A stretch of DNA of 64,000 nucleotides from the human T2T-CHM13v2.0 reference genome, Homo sapiens. Position 1 is the stretch's first letter. Every line of letters begins with the position of its first letter. The stretch lies in NCBI RefSeq assembly GCF_009914755.1, contig NC_060933.1. One strand, written 5' to 3'. The position numbers and the translations under genes are program-made. Of the stretch, positions 53,241 through 64,000 are shown in pieces. The notes below the pieces were generated by a model. That model was not told the DNA's origin. It saw only the letters and a program-made list of their open reading frames with translations, and did not search any database.

Positions 53241-53384
53241 CCCTCCACACTGGCTCATGTTCCTTACTTTGTCATTTGTTCTCCTCCCCCACATGCTTGC
53301 CACCAGGATATTCACCTCAAAGTTTCTTTCATGTTTTTCATAGCAAAGCCTTGTTTCTGTGCCTTTACTATATAGCCTGAAGAC

Positions 53385-54270
53385 TTTTATTCAGAAATTG
53401 ACAAGACAATTTTAAGTTTTGTCTGGATAAGCAAAGGACCAACAATAGCCTAAAATATCTTGGAAAAGAAGAAAAAAGTTTCTGGACTCACAGTACTTGA
53501 CTTTAAGACTACGCATCAGGTCTGGGTGGCACTGGTGGAAGCCTGTACATGTCAGTCAGTGGGACAGAATAGAGTGCCCAGAGACGCACCACCCACAAAT
53601 AGATGTCCAAATAATTTTTGATGAGTGTGAAAGCAATTTAATGTACATAGAAAAATCTCTTTACTAAGTTGTATGGAAACAATGGGATATTCATATATAT
53701 ATATGTATATATATATCCCTTTGTGTGTGTCTATAACCTCAATTCCTACTTTGTACCATATCTAAAAATCAATTTGAGATGGGTATAATATTTACATATA
53801 ATATCTAAAACAATAAAGCTACTAGGAGAAAACCCAGAGGAGTATCTTCATGACCTTCAGGTAGGCAAAAATTTATTGGGGAGGTTACAGAATGCACAAG
53901 TCATAAAAGAAAACAGTGTATGTAAATGAAACTTCATCAAAATTCTGAAAAACTCCATCAAGAAAAATCAATAGGCAAGCTGCAGACTGGGAGAAAATAT
54001 TTGCAACACATACATCTGACAAAGGACTTGTATCAATAATATGTAAAGAACTCCTGTAACACAATAATAAAAAGACAGACGCCCAATTTTTTAAAAATGG
54101 GCAAAAAACTGACAAAACAAAAGAACATATACAAATGGCCAATGGTTATATGAAAATGTACTCAACATCATCAGCCACCAGGGAAATGCACAATTTATCA
54201 TAAGACACTATGACATGCCTGCCCGAACACCTGAAATGAGAAAGACCAACACCATCAGTGACTGGAGATG
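53385..54270 (+). mobile_element. Old L1M ORF2 3' fragment
   Basis: cagaaattgacaagacaattt...gactgggagaaaatatttgcaacacatacatctgacaaaggacttgtatc. Confidence 0.85.
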
Positions 54271-54348
54271 CGCTTTGTGGTTCTCTTGACTCAGTGATGC
54301 CCAGTCTCATTCCAGAAACATTTAATTCTGCTCAGTCAAAACTCAACA

Positions 54349-54571
54349 CCATCCTGGCTATCATGGTGAAACCCCATCTCTACTAAAAATACAAAAAATT
54401 AGCCAGGTGTGGTGGCAGGTACCTGCAGTCCCAGCTACTCGGGAGGCTGAGGCAGGAGAATCACTTTGAACCTGGGAGGCGGAGGTTGCAGTGAGCCGAG
54501 ATCGCACCACTGCACTCCAGCCTGGGTGACAGAGGGAGACTCCATCTCAAAAAACAAAACAAAACAAAGCA
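54349..54571 (+). mobile_element. 5'-truncated Alu with TSD
   Basis: Starts at ccatcctggctatcatggtgaaacccc; 11-bp TSD aaaactcaaca at 54338 and 54572. Confidence 0.93.
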
Positions 54572-56119
54572 AAAACTCAACAAACATTCCATGATCTCAA
54601 AATGTTCTACCTGATGGGACAGGTTTAAGAATACAATTGAAATGTCCATAAAACAATGTCTTTCAAGAAGAACGAGGAGATTTTATTAAGCAATCAATTT
54701 GTGTAGCCTGTTTTGAGGAGATTTTCCTAGGTTCCCAGGATATTCCACTTGGCCCCAGTGTGACTACTCAAGAATGGGAAGGAGTCAGGAGTCTGACTTT
54801 TTAAGGGTTCTCATGTGAGGGTGATGTTCCTGCTTAAGAGGAGGGGATTTGACGGCGACTTCTCTTGGCCTCCATTCCTTGTCATGTGGGGTAATCTGAC
54901 TCAAGGATGCCTCCATGACAGTTTCATCATATATGGCACCAGCTGTTGTTGGAGTGGGAACTGGGTCTTCTCTGCAGTCAGGGGAAGTTGGAAGCATTCA
55001 GAAGATGCCCAGAGCATCTGGAGCCTAGTTGACACAGTACTTTATGATGGCAGATGGAGGCACATGTCGCAGGAGATTCCGGAGTGGTTCGGTGTCAGCA
55101 CCCCTGCAAGGCGGGGTCTTGTTAGTTGACCTAAGAGATTCCATTCCAATGTGCTGAAGATGGATTTTCAACTTGGCCTTTGCGGAGGCTAAGAAAGATT
55201 CATTGCAAATTTCTGTTTACTTGTCTGGCTTTCGTGGGATAGCCAGTGTTTTCCCTTGTTTTAGGTTATCTTTGGCTGGAGGGCAAGAAAAATAGTCAAT
55301 GATGTCTTGGAAGTTTAAGCCTACACTATATGGCTCTTTTAAAAAATATTTGGTTATCCAGAAAGATATTTCTTGTGTTTCTACATCTAAAATTTCTCTG
55401 TGGTTTGGCAGGACCAAAGCTTTTCATGGCTGCCAGTCATATCTTAATTGGATCACCTTGTGGAAACTTCAGAGAGGTTTTCCTAGAATTTGTTTCCAAT
55501 TTCTGATGTCGACCCAGCATTTATTATCTAAGGTGAGACAGACACGACAATCTCCTCATTTCCTCTCTCTTTAAAAGGACGTGCTGCATTTTTCAAAATA
55601 CCTCCCAAAGAGTGCTCACTGGGAGGAAAATTCTCCTTTCTTGGCAAAGAACGTTCTTGCTAGCTCTGTTACTCCTCAAATGATAGTAACTTATTTGCAA
55701 ATTCTATTGAGGAAATAGCCAACAGAAAATTCAAAGAAGGGGGAGAAAAATGCACTTTGTACTCACACCTAAACCCACTGTATTTTTTAAAAATTGTACT
55801 TATTTGAGCCTACCTTGTATTATGGACTACAAAAGTGCCTGCTTGCTCTTTCATTTCTTACAAAATTATAAGCTCCTTGAGAGCAGGAAAAACATCCATT
55901 CCTCTTTTACCCTTTCAACATCAGCCAGAATGTCTGACATGTGATAGGTGCCTGGGATGTATTTGTGGAATTAAAATGCTTGAAATATATCTCTGGGGAA
56001 CACATGAGAAGTTATTAAAATATTTTCCAAAAATATTTAATGGCACATACAGGTTTAATTTTAAAAAGCCAAGCACACACTTTACACATAATAGGATTCA
56101 ACTTTTGTTATAAATAGGC

Positions 56120-56290
56120 ACAGATACATGCACTTAGAAAAAGGACTGGAAGGAAATGTGAAAAAATAGTAAACAAGGCAATTTCAGGGTGGTGAGATTA
56201 AAAGATAATTTTAATTTTTAAAATTTATGATTTTTGTCAAATTCAAATTATCTACAATAACCATGCATTGCTTTTATTAAGCTTTTTTTA
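56120..56290 (+). mobile_element. L1ME-like 3' end fragment
   Basis: agaaaaaggactggaaggaaat...tttcagggtggtgagatta...tacaataaccatgcattgctttta. Confidence 0.6.
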
Positions 56291-56374
56291 GAAAAAAATT
56301 AACTTTTTGTGCAGTTTTTTTTTAAATCATTTGCTTTGAATATTTTGCCTTGAATATTGTTTCATTTACTAAAA

Positions 56375-56600
56375 GTGATGGCAGCTGTTTCTATGCAGTG
56401 TGACTGTGTACTGGGCACTTTGCCAGGGTTTCACAGTGTTGTCTCTGTACTTGTTACATGAGACCTTGCTCTGCGTGTCTTTTTATGTCCATTTTACAGA
56501 TGACGGAACTGATGCCCAGAGAGGCTAAGGGATGATTCCTCCGGAAAGGAGGGGATCTGGATCTGGACCTGGTCTGGTGAAGGCAAAGACTCGAGCCACA
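56375..56600 (-). mobile_element. MIR
   Basis: ccattttacagatgacggaactgatgcccagagaggctaaggga. Confidence 0.7.
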
Positions 56601-56974
56601 GCCACTTACTCCACTTGCTCCCTCTGGGGTGCTCCAGGGAGAGTGTCTTGCGAGCACCTTGGGAACCCGTCAGTTTCATGCTTTTCTCTTTGCCCTTGGC
56701 TCGCTCACTGAAAAGTTTCCCAGCTATATTATCTTTCTGAAGTGTTTAGTCTTGTAATTTGTGAATATCTGAAGACAAGAAAAACTGATTAACAGCATCA
56801 GTAATAGTAAATGTCAAATTGAAGCATATACTCCCAACTTTTAATAACAATTGTAGGGGACACTTACTTTCTAGGGAATATGATTTGTTAATGTTTTAAC
56901 TTTGTATAATGAATATGTATTATTTTTAGTCCAAAAGGACAATGAAAATATGTGAAAAGGTGGAATTCATTAAA

Positions 56975-57171
56975 AGCAAACTTTTTTTGTAAAGAGCCAG
57001 ATTGTAAATAGTTTTGGCTTTGCAGGTCATATGGTCTCTGTGGCAATCACTCAACTCTGCAACTAACACAGTCATAGATACTGCACAGAGGAATGGGCAA
57101 GGCTGTGTTCCAATAAATCTTTATTTACAAAAACAGGCAATGGGCCAGAATTGGTCACAGGCTATAGTTTG
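56975..57171 (+). mobile_element. MER58A
   Basis: gcaaactttttttgtaaagagccagattgtaaatagttttggctttgcagg...tgtgttccaataaatctttatttacaaaaacagg. Confidence 0.85.
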
Positions 57172-57928
<757 letters not shown>

Positions 57929-58736
57929 CCCCGGCATGAAGTAACAAAAAGGCAGGGGTGGGGGGGATTGCTGTAAAAAGAACATTGATTTAGGAGCAAG
58001 TTCACCAGAGCCAGAGGCCCAGCTCCAGTCACTGTATGCACAGTCTTGGGAGAGTCATTGGACCTCCCTGGCTTTTAGCTTTTCCATTTGTGATGTGAGG
58101 GAATTAGACTATATGACCCCCTGAGACTCTTTTTAGCTCTGTCATCTTTAAATTTTTTGATTTTTGAGGAGTATTTTCAACAGCTGCCTCTGTCATAGTG
58201 ACCTTTGTTATAAGTGATGTGGCTTAAATCTATTCAGAGCAGCTTTGTTCTAAGTTGTATCAGGGAAGATTCAATATTTATAGGCAAAATAAAGGCAGAA
58301 ATAAATTTTGAACTATTCCCAAGTTAGTATAAGCATGGGGAAATTACAGGCCAACCCTCTCATTCAGAATGAAACTAAAATTTTTATGCCACTCTGTACA
58401 GAAAAGCACTTGAGAAGTCCACAAAAGTACTTTCACTCTCTGAGGATAAAGAATAATGAACTCAGAATGAGAGAGGGAGGATTCAATAATTACATGGAGC
58501 TAGATTAAGAGATTATCCAGTATGGCATGCCCTCAGGGCTTGTGTGGTTCTTAAAAACGAGCTGTAATTCCGTCTGTGAGTTTCCTAGAGGCAAACGCAA
58601 AGACAGAAAGATGATTGTGTAAGAATAACACTGTTAATAGAATTTTTAAAAAATTGCTAGGAATTCGACGGCCTGAAGTGACATTTTCCTTGGATCTTCC
58701 TAAACAGGGACACTCAGGGTTATTCTCACAATATCA

Positions 58737-59760
58737 GTTCATTCATTCATGCACTCAACAGATATTCATTGATTGCCTTCTACATACTTGACACTGTCCT
58801 AGTGACCAGAAAGATATGTCATAAACCAGATAGAAATGATTCTGTCCTCTTGGAGCTCACAGCCTGGCAGGATGTGCAATTATTGACAAGTCCAAGGAGT
58901 GCTATGGATGAGGAAGAACAGAGGCACAGGCATGTATGCCAGGGGGACTTTTTCTATGGGCTGGTCAGGGAAGGTCTCTCTGAAGAGGTGACATCCAAAG
59001 TCATTTCTCCATGGCATGACAGTAATTCATCAGGCAAAGAGTAGAGGAGGAAGTTGCCAGGCAAGGCAGACAGAAGACCAATGGAGACACCTATACTTGT
59101 CTGTGTCATTGTCTGGTATAGTTGGAGTGATGAGAGAACAGAGCAAGTGCTGTGTCAGATGGTGGAGTGCCACAGTAAGGATTCTGGACTGTATCCAACA
59201 TAAATTGTGTTATTAATAGTTAGAACACTCCGCTGCTGTGATAAACCTCGGGGTTTCAGTAGCTCAGTGCACACTGTAGCTTACTCTCCTTACTCCCCTA
59301 TTAGCCTAATGGGATGTTTCTGATGGCTGGGCAGCTTTCCCAGTGGTGATTCTGTCATGAGTCTCCTATGTCTTCTACAGCCAACCTGTAACTGTGGAGG
59401 GGAGAGAGAAAGTGGAGAAGAAGCATGTCTTAATCATTCTGACCTCCAAAATGAACCATTGTTTCTACATAACTCACTGGCAAGTGGTCACAACACCCTG
59501 CCTAAATGCAACGTGGGTTGGAAATGCAGTCCCTGGCTGGGCAGCCACTTCACGGCAATAGCTCAACTCTGGAAAGGGGGCGCGGAGTTTAGTGCATGAT
59601 TATCTGTTCATGCTGCAGGAGGCCGCTGGAGGGTCGTGAGCAAGATAGAGGTATAATCAAATTTGAATGTTAAAAAGACCATCTTGGCTGCAGAATAGAG
59701 AAGGTATTGGAGGGTGCAAGACTGGATGCAAAGCAACCAGTTATCATAATGGGCAATAAA
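58737..59760 (-). mobile_element. L2 3' region with an old MaLR LTR inserted at about 59210-59600
   Basis: ttcattcattcatgcactcaacagatattcattga; ggtcagggaaggtctctctgaagaggtgacat; aaaagaccatcttggctgcag. Confidence 0.65.
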
Positions 59761-59899
59761 CACAATACAGTTGCAACTGCCATGGAAGAGTTCTATAGGG
59801 CATCTCTCGGTGTCAGCTGAGGATGCGATACCAGTATGCATTTCAGTGAAAGTGTGATGTCAGTTATCAATACGATATCACTGACTGATGTCAACTGTG

Positions 59900-60237
59900 A
59901 CAACCAAGGAACTTTTTCCCTTTTATAACCAGAAGTCAGCAGCCCATTGACTGATGCCAGTCTCATTACATTCATTAGTTTTAAAAAAAGTGTTTGAAAA
60001 TATCACACACATAGTCATCCTTGCTTCTTAAAAGTGGCTGATTAGAGTATCCAGTGGAGCTATTCTGCACATCTCTATTGCTAGGTCACACCATGGACTC
60101 TCAATGCTCTCTTTACTACTGGAAGCTTTAAATCTAGTCAGCTTAGAGAGCCAATTCTAGAAACCCCAGAACCAATTCAGAAAACTCATACTTAACATTC
60201 TATTCTGTTCTCTAGAACTATTCTTGGTATCAACATC
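59900..60237 (-). mobile_element. HERV-L/ERVL internal 5' stub
   Basis: On the minus strand, follows the LTR with gataccaagaatagttctagagaacagaat...ttggttctggggtttctagaattggct, resembling the ERVL leader. Confidence 0.7.
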
Positions 60238-60680
60238 TGTGTTAGTCACGGTTCTGCAGAGAAACAGAACCAATCTCACATGATTGTGGAGGCCGAGAAG
60301 CCCTGAGATCTGTAGTCAGTAATCTGGAGACCCAGGAGAGCCAAAGGTGTGCTTCCAATCCAAGTCCAAGGGCCTGAGAAGCAGGAGAGTCCATGGTGTA
60401 AATTCTAGCTTGAGTCTGAGTCCAAATGCAGAAGGCCTATTCTCAAAGACGGTCAGACAGAGTGAATTCTCCCTTACTCAGCATTTTGTGGTATTTGAGT
60501 CTTGAACATGTTGGATGAGATCCACCCACATTTGGGAGAACTATCTGCTTTCTCAGTCTACCAATTCAGAGGTCAGTCTCATTCAGAAACACCCTCACAG
60601 ACACACCCAGAATGATGTGAAACCAAATATCTGGGCACCCTGTGGCCCAGTCAAGTTGACACACAAAAATTAATCTTCAT
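60238..60680 (-). mobile_element. MLT2 LTR
   Basis: tgtgttagtcacggttctgcagagaaacagaaccaat...atctgggcaccctgtggcccagtcaagttgacacacaaaattaa. Confidence 0.9.
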
Positions 60681-60745
60681 AATAGGTGTGCTCCCCAAAA
60701 TTATTCTGTGGCCAGACAAATTTCAAGAACACTGCATACTATAGC

Positions 60746-60955
60746 CCAGAGGTTGGCAAATGTCTCCAGTCAAGGGTGAGATAAAAGTAAATATTTTAGG
60801 CTTTGAGGGTCATACAGTCCTGGTGGCAACTACTCAAGTCTGTCCTCAGAGCCAGAGTTAATATGTAAATGAATAGGTGTGGCTGTGTTCCAAGAGAAAC
60901 AGGCATTGAGTCATACTTGGCCTGAGGACTGAGGATTGTAGACTGGACCTCTGCT
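60746..60955 (+). mobile_element. MER58A
   Basis: cagaggttggcaaat...gtaaatattttaggctttgagggtcatacagtc...ggtgtggctgtgttccaa. Confidence 0.8.
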
Positions 60956-62374
60956 GTACCCCCTTCTTTGAGCTCTTTTCACATTAGCATATTTAAACTC
61001 AAAGGCTTTGAGAATTCCTGCAGAAATGAAGTCTGACAGCCAAGTTTGACCCAGGGTTTCTCAATCTATTTGACTGTGGAACACTTTCTTCATGCTATAC
61101 TATTAACCTTTAATGGGATAGTATTCAATGAAATATCCATTTAAGAAATGATGGTTTAGCACGAAAGTTTTATTTAAAAGATCTCTGCTGAGAGGATTAA
61201 GAAAAATAATATAAAGTTCTTTTAGTTTTCTTGAGTTACTGAAAGTTGAAGGGCACTAAATTTGAAAGATTTAGGAATACATTTGCCTTTGAAAATGGAT
61301 GTAATTTCCTACTATGTACAGTTGTGCAGTGAGCAATGCATTCCCTACCAGAATAATTTGGAAATGATTTACTAAATTTACAAAATAGTTTTAAATTTCT
61401 AGCCTTGGCTCTGGCTATGATTAGAAAAAAAAATTGGCACTAAGAATAGCAATAAAAAGCTAACTGTTAAGGAACTTTTTTCCATTTCTATGGTGTTCGT
61501 TGGTCCTTTGATTCAACTTGAGGTAATTTTGGATTCTGATATTCCGCCCAGCTTCAGCAATTGTAGTAAATTGTAATTTATATTCTCATTTACATCATTA
61601 AAAAAAGTTGAATGAGACAACGTCCAGCTCTGAGGCCTATGACACATCACTAATGAACCGAACCCACTCATTTTGATTCAGTCATTCATCGACTCAGTGG
61701 CCTCTAACCCCAAATATCCCCATGTTGCCAATATTTTATTGTGCTTTTGTCAAATGTTTCTCTGATGTCAACATTTTCTACGTCAGTCACATTTCTCTGA
61801 GCTACTACTCTAACAATTTGGAAAAAGAAACGTGGTTCATCTGCAATGGCTTGCTCTCAGTGAGCCTATCGAAGCTTCTACTACTCACCCAGGTCTTTAA
61901 ATGATCTATTCTTGTGACTTGCCCGAGATTGAAATTGCATGGTTTTCAGAATCTACCTTTTTCCTCTTTCAGGAAACTGAAATGCCACTTGCCCGCCTCT
62001 GGTCTTCGGCCCTTCTTCTGGCCCCAGTTGTCCTCCGTGGTTGCTGGTAAAGGTTGCTTCTGCCTGTGGCCTGGGTATTATTTGTACAGATTAGGAGAAG
62101 AGTGTTCAATAGGAACACTCACTGCTTTCTTATACGCTGTCTACACTGGGGTCCCACTCCCTCATACTAACATTTATGTTACTTTTTTTGACCTAAATAT
62201 AACTATATTTGTAAAAGAAGATGCAATCTCCCTGCTTGCTTTTTGCCATCTGTCAACCTTACCCTGTAGGTTTTGACTGCAGGTCTCTCCTTTCCTAACG
62301 GGTTTTCCCTGGGAAGCTGGTACGATCCACTATATAGCTTGAAAGTGCAAAAATGGTCATGGCTATTTTAAAGG

Positions 62375-62443
62375 GTCAAATATTAAAATATAATATTAAA
62401 TTATGAATATTAACTATGAATACAAATTATGAATATTAAATTA
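62375..62443. repeat. AT-rich degenerate tandem repeat
   Basis: aaattatgaatatt-like units repeated about 4 times. Confidence 0.7.
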
Positions 62444-63679
62444 GCAGGGTATCCAGTTCCTCTGAAACATCTGCCCTCCCTGCCTCTCACCAGTGTCAGG
62501 TTTTCAGGATTCCCAGGGTGGTACACAGTCCAAGTGCTGTTCTTGTTTGGTGTAGACAGTGTCAGAGAATCTGGTTAACCCACTTGTGCCACTTATCCTG
62601 GCACCAGTTTATTGCCCTGTGCACTACTGTAATGGGGCTTTGGCCAGTCCATGCCTTTGCTAGTTCCTGATGTATTGTGCTCCACTGTTGGCCTTCCAAG
62701 GCTAGAGCCCTTGGGTTCACACTCTCAAGCCATGCACTGTCCCAAGGTAGTCTGTGAACACCAGGGTAGCTGGGTTAGAAGGGCCATCTAAGCTCAGCCA
62801 CCCTTTGGGACAGAAAGAGCCCTCCCCTCAAGATCCGCCAGACCCTGGTGTGAGATAAGGTTGCCAGCCACGCTTCCCCTTCCCTGTAGTCAGTTCTCCT
62901 CTGTGGGCCTTGGTGCTTTTCCTGACAGCAGACATCAACCAGAGCATGCCGGGCCCAGTAAAGTGGTCCCTCAATGCTGAAACGCTAAAGGGAAGAGCGG
63001 AGTCCCCATTTCATTCCCAACAGCAGGATCCTTGGTCTCCAGTACAGGTTTACTAACCTTCCCACCCTTGCAAACCACAGGGGCAAAGGCAGCCTCTGCC
63101 AGGCCACAAAGGCCCCTCCCTCTCCCTTCCAGGGTAAAGGGCGCGTGGGCTTCTTATATTTGCATGACAAGGTGACCTTGCCCTGCTCTAAGAAGTCTTC
63201 CTGTCTCAACCCAAAAGGCAGCTTTAAAAAATGCAGCTTCTGTAGCCAAATTTCTGTCTCTCTAGCACCTGCTATTTGAGTATAACTCAAGACAGTCATT
63301 TCCATTGTCCTCAGAGTGTTTTTGCAAGCTTAGCTCCTTTGAAAGTTTGCCCTCCTTCCTACTCTTCCAGAGGCCAATGTTAAGTTTTATTAGAGTGGTT
63401 TTCCAACTATTTAATGGGCTAGCAGGAGAAGAAGGAGCGGGACCCTGTTAGTTTGGGTAGGTGAGGTTGCAGGAAAAAGACACCCAAACATGTAATGGCA
63501 ATAATAAGGAAGTTGATTTGTCATGCTCAGGATGGTACTGGGCTTGTCAGTAGGTCAGTGGGACAGCCTTCCTCCACTTGGCCATTCTGGGTCCAGGCTT
63601 TTGGAGACTCAGTCATCTTCTACATGTGGCATGTCAAGAATCTATCTTCCACCTTTCTGTTTGTAAATTATTATTATTA

Positions 63680-63850
63680 TAACTTTTATTTTGAAATGAA
63701 ATACAAGCGATTTCCCACACTTCTCCAAATGATAGTGTCTTACATAACCATAGAACATATTTGAAAACCTGGGCACTAACATTGAACCAATACTCTTAAC
63801 TCGGGTATGGACCTTTTTTGCTCTTCACCTGATTCGATACACATTTTTAA
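63680..63850 (-). mobile_element. Old L1 (L1MC/ME) 3' end fragment
   Basis: aacttttattttgaaat...cttacataaccatagaacata...aacattgaaccaatact. Confidence 0.55.
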
Positions 63851-64000
63851 AAAATATGCCTTACTTTTAACTAAACAAGACTTTCACTTTTTATGTGCGT
63901 GTGTGTCCCAGGCACTGCACTAGACCCTAGGAGTAGATTTCTGTCTAGATAGCTGAGTGGCCCCCATCACTAGCAAGTTATTCTTTCATCTGGCTGCCAG

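Overview
Primate (human or great ape) nuclear genomic DNA, intronic or intergenic in character. I could not assign the locus and found no recognisable protein-coding exon, RNA gene, processed pseudogene or CRISPR array. Nearly all ORFs in the track are chance frames or fall in repeats. The window is dominated by transposon relics: about 22 Alus or Alu fragments (many with TSDs), L1 and L2 fragments, MIRs, MaLR/ERVL/ERV1 LTRs (MLT1, MST, MER4A, MLT2 plus a HERV-L internal stub), and DNA transposons (a near-full-length Tigger1 next to a Charlie-type hAT transposase relic, Tigger2a, MER5, MER33, MER58, MER63, MER102). The most notable non-standard structures are: (1) a 12-unit 63-bp minisatellite with 126-bp higher-order periodicity; (2) a truncated Alu tail fused to an inverted copy of local sequence, replacing part of an L2; (3) several small snap-back templated insertions; (4) strong plus-strand splice signals, including a candidate 21/15-nt microexon and an ETS-IRF-associated candidate first exon, which may belong to an unidentified spliced transcript. 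Repeat names are from recalled consensus sequences and need RepeatMasker/Dfam confirmation; repeat boundaries are approximate. I found no convincing new biological system.
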